NCBI GenBank assembly: GCA_947478395.1
Contig: CANJVR010000002.1
Coordinates: 1 to 64,000, forward strand
Length of the DNA stretch: 64,000 nucleotides
DNA from: Opitutia bacterium
GTDB lineage: Bacteria > Verrucomicrobiota > Verrucomicrobiia > Opitutales > Opitutaceae
Direction of reading: 5' to 3'
Below, piece after piece: positions 7,868 through 17,555 of this stretch; the first letter of the stretch is position 1; each line of letters starts with the position of its first letter. The notes under the pieces were generated by a model, which did no database searches, had not been told where the DNA came from, and worked only from the letters and a program-made list of their open reading frames with translations. The translations under genes and the position numbers were made by a program.

Positions 7868-10800
7868 ATGACCATACCCGCTAATCCTCCACGCCGAAAC
7901 TTCGGTGCCGCCTTTTTGGCGAGCGCCGTGTTGGCCCTCACTGCCTCTGCTCAGACGGTCGATCAGGCCGTCAAACTGGAGGCCTTCACCGTCACCGGTT
8001 CCAACGTCAAACGTCTCGAGCAGGAAAAAGTTCTGCCCGTAACCGTGTTGGCTGCGAGTGAACTTGAGGTGCGCGATGCTTCTCAGCCTTCGGAATTGTT
8101 GACGGCCCTTCCGCAGGTCACCGGCCTCCCGGGTAACGAAACTGCGACCCTCGGTGCTACCGCCCGCGGTGACAACGCCAGCGTCTCGCTTCGTGGTATT
8201 GCCTCGAGTAATACGCTCATTTTGCTCAATGGTCGCCGTCTCACCCCGCACCCGATCAGCCAGTCCGAAGCGGGTGCCCCCACGCTCTCCACCAACGTTA
8301 ATACGCTACCCAATCGCGGCCTTGAGCGCGTTGAAATCCTGCGCGACGGCGCCTCATCCATTTACGGCACTGACGCCGTCGCTGGTGTGGTGAATTACGT
8401 TACCAATAAAACTTTCCGCGGCACGGAGCTCGCGCTGCGCTATGGCGAGACCCGGTATGGCGACGGTCAGGAAACTCGGGCGACCCTTACCCACGGCTTT
8501 GATTTTTTGAAGGGCCGAGGCCGGGCGATGATCAGCGCCGATTACTATAGCCGTGAAGCAATGTATGCGCGTGACCGTTCGTTCTCCGCCGAGGCGGACA
8601 ACAGCTACCGCGCTCCTGCGCCGTGGAACCTATCAACGGTCACGACATTCAATCTTCGCTCGGCCACCACCCAATACGGCAATTACCTTCTGGGTACCGT
8701 CGGTGGCACCGATGCTTATGGTTCGGTCAATGCCTTCACGGGTGCGCGTCCCACGGGCGTTCCTGCGACCTTGGCTGCAACCACGGGCGCTTTCTTCCTC
8801 GTACCCAACGGTACGGGCGGCGCCGCCTTCGCTACCGCCACTCCGAGCCGCGCCGGTGTGACCGCCGACTATTACTGGAACAACAACGCCGCGCGCGTCA
8901 TCCAGCCCAAATCCAACCGCACTAACATTTTCGCTAGCGGCGAATTTGATCTCACGAACCGCATCACCGCGTTCGCTGACGCCAGCCTCTACCAGGCCCA
9001 GTCCGTCACTTATCGCGAAGCGGACGGCATCACGCAAAGCACCGATGGCTATATCATCGTTCCTGCGACTAACCCCTATAATCCCTTCGGCACGCGCTTC
9101 TGGTCTCCGACCGGCGCCGCTAATACCGATGGTACCGCGCGTTTGACCGGTACCCCCTCCGCTGTCTCGATTACCAACAAGCGTCTCTCCGATCTCGCCA
9201 CGCGTACGGACTATGTCGACGACTCGGTTTATCGCGGCGTTATCGGTCTGCGTGGTAAACTTAGCGGTTCTTGGTCCTGGGAAGCGGCACTACTCTATTC
9301 GGCCGCGCGCGTCATCGAAAATGAAACGGGTCCAAGTCGGAAATCGGCTTTGATCGCCGCCATCAACCAGACGGATCCCGCCAAAGCGTTTAATCCTTTC
9401 ACCCGAACCTTCGCTGTGCAAAACGGCACGCTCGTCGCCACAGGCAACTATCAAAATCCCGACAGCGTCACCTCGACGTTCCGCTCCGAATTCATCCGTA
9501 ACGGTATTACGAAACTCGGCAGTGGCGACGTTCGTGCCTCCGGCGATGTATTCCCCATCTGGGGCGGCAACGCCGTCGGTGCCGCCTTCGGTGGTGAGTT
9601 CCGCTCTGAGACTTACGACGACTATCGCCCGCCTTACGCCGGCCTGAATCCGGCCGGTTCCGGGCTCAACCCCGAGAGCAACGATTTTCTCGGCTTCTCG
9701 CCCAACTCTGACACGCACGGTAACCGCCACGTTGCGGCCACCTACCTCGAGACCGTGGTTCCGCTGGTCGGAAATAAGTTCACGCTGCCGCTCGTGCGCT
9801 CGCTCGAGCTCACGGCCTCCGCTCGTTACGAAAGCTACACTGACTTCGGCGCCACCACTAAGCCAAAGTACGGCATCAATTGGCGACCCACGTCTTGGAT
9901 CATGGGGCGCGCCTCTTACAACGAAGGTTTCCATGCGCCTAACCTTGCTCAGCTTTTCACCGGCACACTCATCCGCACGGTGACCGGCAGCACCGACTCT
10001 TATCGCAGTGCCGTCACTGGTCTCACCACCGACGGTCCGTCCAATCGCCGCAGCGTCGGCTCGGGTAATCGCGAACTCAAGCCCGAGACCTCCACGGGCA
10101 AATCCGGCGGCATCGTGATTGATGTGCCCTTTGTTAAGGGTCTCTCCGTTTCCGTCGATTACTGGGAAATTGAGCAGAAGAGCCTGATCTCTTCCTCGGG
10201 CTCGATCGCGGATGACACCGCCGCGCTCCAAGCCGCCACTCAGGCAGCACTCGCGGCTGGCCAGAACATCAACTCGATCGATCTCGGTTCTGGTACGGCC
10301 AACTACCGAGGCGACGGCTCGGTCGTTCGCCTCGCCGTCACTCAGGCGGATCGCGATTTCTTCGCCGTGTACAATGCGAAGCAAGTCCCAGGTAATCAGC
10401 GTGCCGTTGTCGGTTCGATTGATATCCTCCGCACGACTTACTTTAACAAAGCTTCTCAGTTCGTCAACGGGTTCGACTTCGACGTGAACTACCGTTTCCC
10501 GAAACTGGCGGTCGGAAATTTCGTATTCAATACCACCTGGACCAAGTTGAATGATTTCCACAATTACAGTGTAGACGGCGCGGCCCGCACGGAACTTCGC
10601 AACACCAACGCCGCCGGTGGAGCTTCGCCTAATTGGCGCGGATCGAGTACGCTCACGTGGCGCCGTCAGCAATGGGGCGCAGGTTTCGGCTTCTACTACA
10701 TCGGCAGCTACACGGACACCGGTGCCACAACCACCCAGGTTACCTACGAGTCACTCGGATCTCCGAGTTACATCACCCCGATCATGAACAACGGCGCGGT

Positions 10801-11029
10801 TTCTTATCGTTACACCGTTCACGACACCAAGAGCTATAATGTTTACGCGACTTACCGCATCGTCGCTCGTAACGCCTACCTCAATAAAACCGACATCCGC
10901 GTCGGCGTGAATAACCTGTTCGACGCCAAGCCCCCGCTCTCCAGTGATTCGCGCGGCTACGATCCGGCGGTTTATAATACCATGGCGCGCGGTCTTAGTT
11001 GGTCAGCGCAAGTCACGAAAAAGTTCTAA
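7868..11029 (+). CDS. TonB-dependent outer-membrane receptor
   Basis: Signal peptide; TVTGSNVKR; plug SLRG..NTLILLNGRR and VEILRDGASSIYGTDAVAGVVN; barrel GNRELKPE, VGVNNLFD; C-terminal Phe. Confidence 0.95.
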   Translation: MTIPANPPRRNFGAAFLASAVLALTASAQTVDQAVKLEAFTVTGSNVKRLEQEKVLPVTVLAASELEVRDASQPSELLTALPQVTGLPGNETATLGATARGDNASVSLRGIASSNTLILLNGRRLTPHPISQSEAGAPTLSTNVNTLPNRGLERVEILRDGASSIYGTDAVAGVVNYVTNKTFRGTELALRYGETRYGDGQETRATLTHGFDFLKGRGRAMISADYYSREAMYARDRSFSAEADNSYRAPAPWNLSTVTTFNLRSATTQYGNYLLGTVGGTDAYGSVNAFTGARPTGVPATLAATTGAFFLVPNGTGGAAFATATPSRAGVTADYYWNNNAARVIQPKSNRTNIFASGEFDLTNRITAFADASLYQAQSVTYREADGITQSTDGYIIVPATNPYNPFGTRFWSPTGAANTDGTARLTGTPSAVSITNKRLSDLATRTDYVDDSVYRGVIGLRGKLSGSWSWEAALLYSAARVIENETGPSRKSALIAAINQTDPAKAFNPFTRTFAVQNGTLVATGNYQNPDSVTSTFRSEFIRNGITKLGSGDVRASGDVFPIWGGNAVGAAFGGEFRSETYDDYRPPYAGLNPAGSGLNPESNDFLGFSPNSDTHGNRHVAATYLETVVPLVGNKFTLPLVRSLELTASARYESYTDFGATTKPKYGINWRPTSWIMGRASYNEGFHAPNLAQLFTGTLIRTVTGSTDSYRSAVTGLTTDGPSNRRSVGSGNRELKPETSTGKSGGIVIDVPFVKGLSVSVDYWEIEQKSLISSSGSIADDTAALQAATQAALAAGQNINSIDLGSGTANYRGDGSVVRLAVTQADRDFFAVYNAKQVPGNQRAVVGSIDILRTTYFNKASQFVNGFDFDVNYRFPKLAVGNFVFNTTWTKLNDFHNYSVDGAARTELRNTNAAGGASPNWRGSSTLTWRRQQWGAGFGFYYIGSYTDTGATTTQVTYESLGSPSYITPIMNNGAVSYRYTVHDTKSYNVYATYRIVARNAYLNKTDIRVGVNNLFDAKPPLSSDSRGYDPAVYNTMARGLSWSAQVTKKF

Positions 11030-11045
11030 GTCTGTGCTGAATTCA

Positions 11046-11075
11046 GGGCCGCCGCTGCTCCTGGCGCGGCGGCCC
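11046..11075. terminator. Hairpin between convergent receptor and ggt
   Basis: GGGCCGCCGC / GCGGCGGCCC perfect 10-bp stem; no clear U-tract. Confidence 0.55.
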
Positions 11076-11107
11076 CAGCCCTCAAGCAGCCGGCGATTGC
11101 TGAATTT

Positions 11108-12874
11108 TTAGTAACCGACGGCTTTTGCGTCGGCTTTGCGCGGGTCGGCGGCGCCGAGGCGTAGCTTGGTCACCGGATCGATCATGATCGTTTCGCCGTC
11201 GCCGCCGACGACATTGGGGCGTTCGTTCAGTTTGTGACCTTTGGCGGTGAGGATAGCGGTCGTGTCAGGACTCATACCGAAGCGGTCGTAGCTGATGTCG
11301 GCCGGTTGCCACTGGTGGTGGAAGCGCGGGAACTCGACGGCTTGCATGACGGGCATGTTGTGATCGAGGACATTGGTAATGATCTCGAGCACCGTGTTGA
11401 TGATCGTGGGACCGCCGGGGCTGCCGGTAACCAGGACGAGAGCGCCGTCTTTTAAGACGAAAGTGGGGGTCATGGACGAGAGGGGACGTTTGCCGGGGGC
11501 GATGGCGTTGGCGGGGCCTTGGAGGAGACCAAACATGTTTTTGACGCCGATCTTCGAAGTGAAGTCGTCCATTTCGTTGTTCATAAGAATACCGGTGCCG
11601 GGGATGGTGACGCCGGAGCCGAAGCCGCCGTTGAGGGTGTACGTGTTACTCACCGCGTTGCCGGCGGCGTCGACGATCGAGTAATGGGTGGTCTCGGTGG
11701 ATTCAGCGGCGTTGAGGCGGGAACCCAGGGCAGTGAGGAGTTTCCAGCCGGCGGGTTGACCGGGGGCGAGGCCGTCGCTCGGGGTGGCTTTGGCAGGGTC
11801 AAAATTTTTCATGAGACCGGCGAGATAAGCGCGGTCGAGCAGGCCCGCAGTGGGAACGTTGACAAAATCAGGATCGCCGAGGAATTCAGCGCGGTCGCGG
11901 AAGGCGCGGCGCATGACTTCGATGAAGAGGTGATATTTGGCGGCGGAATTGGCGCCGAGTTTGGCGACATCAAAGGGCTCTAGCATCCCAAGCATCTGGA
12001 GGACGGCGATGCCGCCTGAGCTGGGCGGGGGCATGGTGACAATCTGGTAGCCGCGGTAGCTGCCGCGCAGGGGTGTGCGCTCGACGGCGGTGTAGCCTTT
12101 GAGGTCGGCGAGGGTGATATTGCCGCCATTTTTGGCCATGGCGTCGGCGATCAAGCGCGCGGTTTCGCCTTCGTAGAACTCGCGCGGGCCGTATTTTTGG
12201 AGGCGGGCAAAGGTGGCGGCGAGTTCGGGCTGGCGCCAGAGGACGCCTGTTTTATGAAACGCGCCGTCGGCGAGGTAGATCCGCTTTGATTCAGGGAATT
12301 GACCAAGGAGTTTGGCCGCGGCTTTTAGGCCGGCGGAGGTCGCTTGTGAGACAATGAAACCGTCGGCGGCGAGGCGGCGGGCAGGTTCGCAAATGTCGGC
12401 CCAACTGACCTTGCCGGAGCCGTATTTTTGCTGCGCGAGGGCGAAGCCGGCGACCGAGCCAGGGACGCCGCTCGCACTCCAGCCGACCGTGGAGGAACCT
12501 GGCCCGGGTTTGATGACATCACCATCGGGGCCAACATACATGTCGCGGCCGGCGAGGGCGGGGGCGGTTTCGCGGTAGTCGATGGCGACATCCCGGCCGT
12601 CGGCGAGGTGGATCATCATGAAACCGCCGCCACCGATGTTGCCCGCAAAGGGAAACACGACGGTGAGTGCGAGACCGACGGCGGCGCCGGCGTCGACGGC
12701 GTTGCCCCCTTTTTTGAGGATTTCCACGCCGGCTTCGGAGGCGAGGACGTGAGCGGAGGTGACGAGAGCGTGTTCGGCTTCAACGGCGCTGCGTTGGGCT
12801 TGGGCTCCTGTTGAGGAGGCTAAAACCAATGCGATGCTGACGAGCCACGCGGTCAAGCGGCGGGAAATCATCAT
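11108..12874 (-). CDS. ggt: Gamma-glutamyltransferase (exported)
   Basis: GGNAVDA, GNIGGGGF, IDYRETAP, PPPSSGG, ETTHYSIVD..GNAVS (catalytic Thr), NNEMDDF, PGKRPLSSM, GSPGG. Start moved to ATG 12874. Confidence 0.95.
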   Translation of the reverse strand: MMISRRLTAWLVSIALVLASSTGAQAQRSAVEAEHALVTSAHVLASEAGVEILKKGGNAVDAGAAVGLALTVVFPFAGNIGGGGFMMIHLADGRDVAIDYRETAPALAGRDMYVGPDGDVIKPGPGSSTVGWSASGVPGSVAGFALAQQKYGSGKVSWADICEPARRLAADGFIVSQATSAGLKAAAKLLGQFPESKRIYLADGAFHKTGVLWRQPELAATFARLQKYGPREFYEGETARLIADAMAKNGGNITLADLKGYTAVERTPLRGSYRGYQIVTMPPPSSGGIAVLQMLGMLEPFDVAKLGANSAAKYHLFIEVMRRAFRDRAEFLGDPDFVNVPTAGLLDRAYLAGLMKNFDPAKATPSDGLAPGQPAGWKLLTALGSRLNAAESTETTHYSIVDAAGNAVSNTYTLNGGFGSGVTIPGTGILMNNEMDDFTSKIGVKNMFGLLQGPANAIAPGKRPLSSMTPTFVLKDGALVLVTGSPGGPTIINTVLEIITNVLDHNMPVMQAVEFPRFHHQWQPADISYDRFGMSPDTTAILTAKGHKLNERPNVVGGDGETIMIDPVTKLRLGAADPRKADAKAVGY

Positions 12875-12944
12875 AGAATGATTAGTAGTTAATCTTACGA
12901 TCGGCGGGGCAAGCGGAAGTTTACGGTGCAATTTCCAATGCGTC

Positions 12945-13066
12945 TGCGGCGATTCCCCTGAAATCTAGGCCGCTTGTAATGTTAGTCGGCGGCTCTAAAA
13001 AAAAGCCCAGACGATGAAAGGCTAGAAACCAATACTCCACCTGGCCCAGTTCTCGGAACCCGCTTA
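12945..13066 (+). mobile_element. Internally deleted IS3-family element (left end plus probable right end)
   Basis: 12945-13022 is a diverged direct copy of 4855-4930, including TTGTAATGTTAGTC and ATGAAAGGC. TGGCCCAGTTCTCGG at about 13042 resembles the reverse complement of the left end. Confidence 0.7.
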
Positions 13067-13185
13067 TCCCGCGCGACCCATTTCTGCTTGCAGGCGATTT
13101 TCCATCGGCCGTAATCTTTGCGGCTCGTCCGATTGCGGATGAGACTTTGGACCGACGTTCTTTCCCGCATCGTTGTATGGCTCAT
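13067..13185 (-). pseudogene. Probable tyrosine-integrase N-terminal remnant
   Basis: ERTSVQSLIRNRTSRKDYGRWKIACKQKWVA resembles, from recall, integrase arm-binding N-termini (L-x-R..YY-x-R....GKQ-x-W-x-SL). It lies next to the tRNA and is cut by the mini-IS. Confidence 0.55.
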
Positions 13186-13282
13186 GTTTTCTCTTTGTTG
13201 CTCCGATGAAGAGCTGCAGGGTAAAAAACAGGTGTAAAAGCAACGGTTCTGAAAAATGTAAAATGGTGCAAAGTAATAGAAT

Positions 13283-13357
<75 letters not shown>

Positions 13358-13479
13358 CTTTATCGTCAGGCTTTTACGGACTTTGCCGCGCGGGCTGATC
13401 GTGAGTGGAGCGCTAGCAGTCGTGGTAAAATTTCTTCATAGGCACCGCGCGGGATGGCGCGCGCCTCAATCTCGCGGTA

Positions 13480-14007
13480 TTACGGCGCGGCCTTGCGCGC
13501 TCGCTGAAACTCCGGGTGGTCCGCCGGAATAACTTTCAGGAAACGTTCCGTCCACTCCTCGATCACGACGTCGGGCTTTTCCTGCTCTGCGATGGAGCGA
13601 AACTGATCGAAGCTCGCCCAATCCCAGAGGCTCGTGAACCGGTGAAACTCCAGCATGAACGGAACCTGTGCTAGCGCGTCGAGCGGCACGCCACCGGCTC
13701 GGAAGAACGAGTCGCATAGTAATACGGCCCGTCCCCTGCCGGAATCGCGCTCCGTGGTGACCGGCTTTCGCCAGGCGGGATATTCTTTCCACGGTGGCAA
13801 ATCAGCCAAGGGCGAGGCCACATCGCGCAGATCGGCGGGGCGGTTCAGACGAAGTTGAATTTCCGGCGGCTGCGGCCAGTAACCACGCATGGCGATCAAA
13901 TCGACGCAATCGGCCTCGCGCGGTACGGATTGAAGATTAAGCAGCGGGCGGGTGCCGGCGGCATCGATGGCTCCGGTGCTCACGCCCAATTGTGCGACGC
14001 GGAGCAT
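13480..14007 (-). pseudogene. C-terminal remnant of an AlgJ/AlgX-type SGNH O-acetyltransferase-related protein
   Basis: AVLLCDSFF and EKPDVVIEEWTERFL C-terminal motifs. In-frame upstream GAGLIAASDAIM resembles the helix after the catalytic His, but the N-terminal half is missing. Confidence 0.55.
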
Positions 14008-14131
14008 GATGGCATCACTCGCCGCAATCAGCCCGGCCCCGCTTCCCGTTTTTATGGGCCGCAGCAGCGAGTGCTGCGCGTTCTTTCCCGTTCTCAGAAT
14101 GGCGAATCAGAACGCATTTTTCGACGCGCTC

Positions 14132-14443
14132 TCAGCCCATCTCCGCGAGGAGCGCCCGCAATTCTCGCTCGGGATCCTCGTGACTCTGTTCGATCGCGAG
14201 CCGCAATGCATCTTCCAGCAGAGGCCGCGCGGCAGAGCGGCGATCGAGGCCCAATAATAATTTACCGAGCAGGATACGTGGCATCATCCAGTCGGATTTT
14301 TTTGCGACGCAAAACTCGAAGTGAGGAATGGCATCCACGGCGCGGCCTTCAGTGAGGAGCGTTCGCGCGAGGCTGAAACGAAAAAGTTCATTCTCGGGCG
14401 CTTTCGCGACGAGCGCTTCAAATTGTCCGACGCGCGACTCCAT
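14132..14443 (-). CDS. Small TPR-repeat protein
   Basis: PENELFRFSLARTL..GR..DAIPHF, then a second TPR-like pair. Starts 1 nt after the phosphatase stop. Confidence 0.75.
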   Translation of the reverse strand: MESRVGQFEALVAKAPENELFRFSLARTLLTEGRAVDAIPHFEFCVAKKSDWMMPRILLGKLLLGLDRRSAARPLLEDALRLAIEQSHEDPERELRALLAEMG

Positions 14444-14444
14444 G

Positions 14445-15167
14445 TTAGGCCGCGTCCACCATCACGACTACGCCGGTGGCGTTGTCCGGTCCGCCACGGT
14501 TTACCGCCAATTTCACGATGCGCTCGATGAGCATGAACGGCTCAATCGGCTGCCCGAGGAGCGTGCCGAGCTCGCGATCGCCAATCATGCGCGTCACGCC
14601 ATCGGTGCAGAACAAATAGCGGTCGCCGGCCATCAGTGGATTCGTCGCGAGATCCACATCGGGGGGCGTCGGCTGTCCGATACAACGGGACAGGGCATGG
14701 CGGTTTGATTCGAGGTAATGCACCACTTCACCGCGGGCGCGGCGGACCTTGGCGTCGTTTTCCACCGAATGGTCCTCAGTGACGCGGCTAAAATTTCCGT
14801 CTCGCAGCAAATAACAGCGCGAGTCGCCCACGTGGGCGAGGTACATGCGCTGGTCCCGCACGCAGCCAAACGTGAGGGTCGATGCAATTCCGGTGGCGGG
14901 GCTGATGACACGACCGAGCGCGATCACGGCATCGTTCGCCCGGTGCACCGCGCGGGTGAGTTCGAGCGGCGCATTTGCCGGCTGCGAGGTGATTTCTTGC
15001 CTGATGATCCGGGTCGTTTCGCGGGCGGCTTCCGCGCCGCCGGGCAGTCCGCCCACACCATCAGCCACTCCGAAAATCTGGCTTTTCTCGTCGTAGAGGA
15101 GCTCGTCCTCGTTCTCCGATCTCATACGGCCGATATCCGTAAGCGATGCGGTGCGAAGCTTGGTCAT
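14445..15167 (-). CDS. PP2C/PPM-family Ser/Thr phosphatase
   Basis: TDIGRMRSENED, VADGVGG, AHVGDSRCY, TEDHS, LFCTDGV, GGPDNAT. Confidence 0.95.
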   Translation of the reverse strand: MTKLRTASLTDIGRMRSENEDELLYDEKSQIFGVADGVGGLPGGAEAARETTRIIRQEITSQPANAPLELTRAVHRANDAVIALGRVISPATGIASTLTFGCVRDQRMYLAHVGDSRCYLLRDGNFSRVTEDHSVENDAKVRRARGEVVHYLESNRHALSRCIGQPTPPDVDLATNPLMAGDRYLFCTDGVTRMIGDRELGTLLGQPIEPFMLIERIVKLAVNRGGPDNATGVVVMVDAA

Positions 15168-15200
15168 GCGTTAGAACGGTAAAATTGGAGAGACACTCGA

Positions 15201-17276
15201 TCAGGCGAAAGGATGAAATCGCTCCGCCCGGGTTTCCCGCGTCAACCGGGTAAACTCAGGCTGCGGAAGACAGTCGATAAACTGCCGGCCGTAGCTTTTG
15301 GCGAGGACCCGCGAGTCCAGCAGTGTGATCAGCCCGCGATCGGTCTGGGTCCGGATCAATCGGCCGATGCCTTGGCGGAATTTGATCAACGCATCGGGCA
15401 GCGTGAGCTCGTTAAACGGGTTTCCGCCCGATTCCCGGATATGCTCGCACTTGGCCTCGGTAATCGGATGGGTGGGTGGATCGAAAGGCAGCCGGGTGAC
15501 GATGACCTGCGCGAGCGAATCCCCTGGCACATCGACGCCGGTCCAAAAACTGTCGGTGCCGAAAAGCACGGCATTGCCCAGCGTGCGCATTTGGTCGGCT
15601 AGTTCGGTGCGCGAGAGCTCGGCGCCTTGCATGAGAAACGGCCGGCCGGCCGCGCGAAACTCCGGCTCGAGCGTGGTCGCGATGGCGCGCATGTCGTTGT
15701 AACTCGTAAACAGGACCAGGGAGCCGCCGCTCACGCGCAGGGCGCAGAAGCGAATGTAGTCGGTCAGTGCGTCGAGTGATAGCTTCGCTTCCTGCGGCGA
15801 AGGTAGCGGCACGTCGGCCGCCACATAGACCCGCATATTTTTTTCGAAATCGAACGGCGAGTGCACCACCTCGGCGCGCGCGGAGTCGGCTCCGATGCGC
15901 GCGGCGAAGGGCGTGATTTCCCCGCCCATCGCCAGGGTGGCGCTCGTGCAGACCACGCTCACCCCGCAGCCGAAAAGATGCCGCCGCAGCTCGGGCGCAA
16001 CGTCGATCGGCGCGCTTCGGAGCGTGACGATGGTTTGTTTCCGCCCGCCGCGCTCGCCCCAGTAGACGTGACCGGGACTGGCGACGTTGAGCCATTCGGT
16101 CAGGCCGGCCTGGAGTCCGGTGAGTCGTGCTTTCTGCTCGAGCAATTCGTCGCGCGGCCGGCCCTCGTCGAGCTTGTCCGCTAGTTTCGCCACAAGCCGC
16201 TGCAAGGCGCCGAGTGGACCGTCGAGCGTGGGCTCGGCCACGCCTGGTTCGCGCACGCGCACGATCGCACGTTGCGCGAGGAGGGAATCGGCGAGAAAAC
16301 CGAAAAATTGAGTGGAGGCGTCGAGCGCATCGGTCACGAGCTGTTGCGCCTCGGGTCCGCCCAGCTTGCGCAGCAGACCGCGTTTAGTGCGCGGGTTAAA
16401 AAGATATTTAAGCGCGCGATCGACACCGTAACTGCTCAGTGAAAGTCCGAAATTGGCCGTCGCGACCTCGGGCACGGTGTGAGCTTCGTCCAGCACCAGA
16501 AAATCCTCGGGAAAAAGTACGCCGCGAACGTCGGCCGAGGCGGCGGTGGCCTTCGCTCCGCCGGAGTTGATCAGCGCGAAGAGCAAGGCGTGGTTAATGA
16601 TGATTACATGGGCCGAACGGATGCGGGCGCGGGCCCGCTGATAAAAACACCGCTCCCCATCGCAGTGCTTGCGCGAGCAGGCCGAGGAGTCGGCATTGAC
16701 CGCGTCCCAGATTTCGGCGCGCGGCGGTGGACGTAAATCATGACGCAGGCCGGTGTCCGTCGTCTCGGCCCATGCGGCGAGGCGCTGGAGTTCGTCGTAG
16801 TCGGCGTCGGTGAACAGCGTGGCGCGGTCGACGAGGGCTTGGGCGAGGCGCGTGGTGCAAAGATAGTTGCCCTTGCCGAGGAGAACGGCCGGGCGGAAAT
16901 CGGCGTAGCGGGCGAGGGAGGGCGTGGACTTAAACAGCCGGCGGACCAGCGGGAGATCCTTGGATTCAAGCTGTTCCTGCAGGGAAATCGTGTGGGTTGA
17001 TACGATGAGCTGCCGCTCCTGGTCGACCGCGTGGATTATGCCCGGGACGAGGTAGGCGAGTGATTTGCCGACGCCGGTGCCGGCCTCGAAGAGCAATGGG
17101 CTGTCGTCGGCGAGCGCGGCGGTGATGGCCCGCGCCATGGATTCCTGTTGCGGCCGGTGCTCGAGTTTTAGGCCATCGTGCAGCCATCCGCCTTCCGCAA
17201 AGATTTTTTTGGCGAACTCCGGCGCACGGCTGGGTGGCCGTGGGGCGGAGGCAGTGTCATCGCGGAGTCCGATCAT
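15201..17276 (-). CDS. DinG/YoaA-family ATP-dependent DNA helicase
   Basis: EAGTGVGKS, GKGNYLC plus Fe-S cysteines, DEAH, TSATL, SPFD, LVLFTSY, FWTGVDVPG, QGIGRLIR. Confidence 0.93.
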   Translation of the reverse strand: MIGLRDDTASAPRPPSRAPEFAKKIFAEGGWLHDGLKLEHRPQQESMARAITAALADDSPLLFEAGTGVGKSLAYLVPGIIHAVDQERQLIVSTHTISLQEQLESKDLPLVRRLFKSTPSLARYADFRPAVLLGKGNYLCTTRLAQALVDRATLFTDADYDELQRLAAWAETTDTGLRHDLRPPPRAEIWDAVNADSSACSRKHCDGERCFYQRARARIRSAHVIIINHALLFALINSGGAKATAASADVRGVLFPEDFLVLDEAHTVPEVATANFGLSLSSYGVDRALKYLFNPRTKRGLLRKLGGPEAQQLVTDALDASTQFFGFLADSLLAQRAIVRVREPGVAEPTLDGPLGALQRLVAKLADKLDEGRPRDELLEQKARLTGLQAGLTEWLNVASPGHVYWGERGGRKQTIVTLRSAPIDVAPELRRHLFGCGVSVVCTSATLAMGGEITPFAARIGADSARAEVVHSPFDFEKNMRVYVAADVPLPSPQEAKLSLDALTDYIRFCALRVSGGSLVLFTSYNDMRAIATTLEPEFRAAGRPFLMQGAELSRTELADQMRTLGNAVLFGTDSFWTGVDVPGDSLAQVIVTRLPFDPPTHPITEAKCEHIRESGGNPFNELTLPDALIKFRQGIGRLIRTQTDRGLITLLDSRVLAKSYGRQFIDCLPQPEFTRLTRETRAERFHPFA

Positions 17277-17555
17277 GTATCAGGAAAAAAGTCTGCCAAC
17301 CAATGGTCGCGCGGGAGACGGCGCAAATGAAATTGCCGGATAGCCTGAGCTCGCGGGGCTAAACCACCGGATCGTTGGCCACAAAGCGGCGCGAAATTTC
17401 CCCGGGCTTCGTCGATGTCACCCGCGCGCCTAGGCGCAATCGTGTCGGCCCCGGACCCAAAGATTTTTTTTCGGGCCTGCTGGTGGCCCCAACGCCGTGT
17501 TCGTCCCCGTAATTGCGTTTGCCGGATCGCGGGGGCTGCGTTCAGTTCACGGCCG

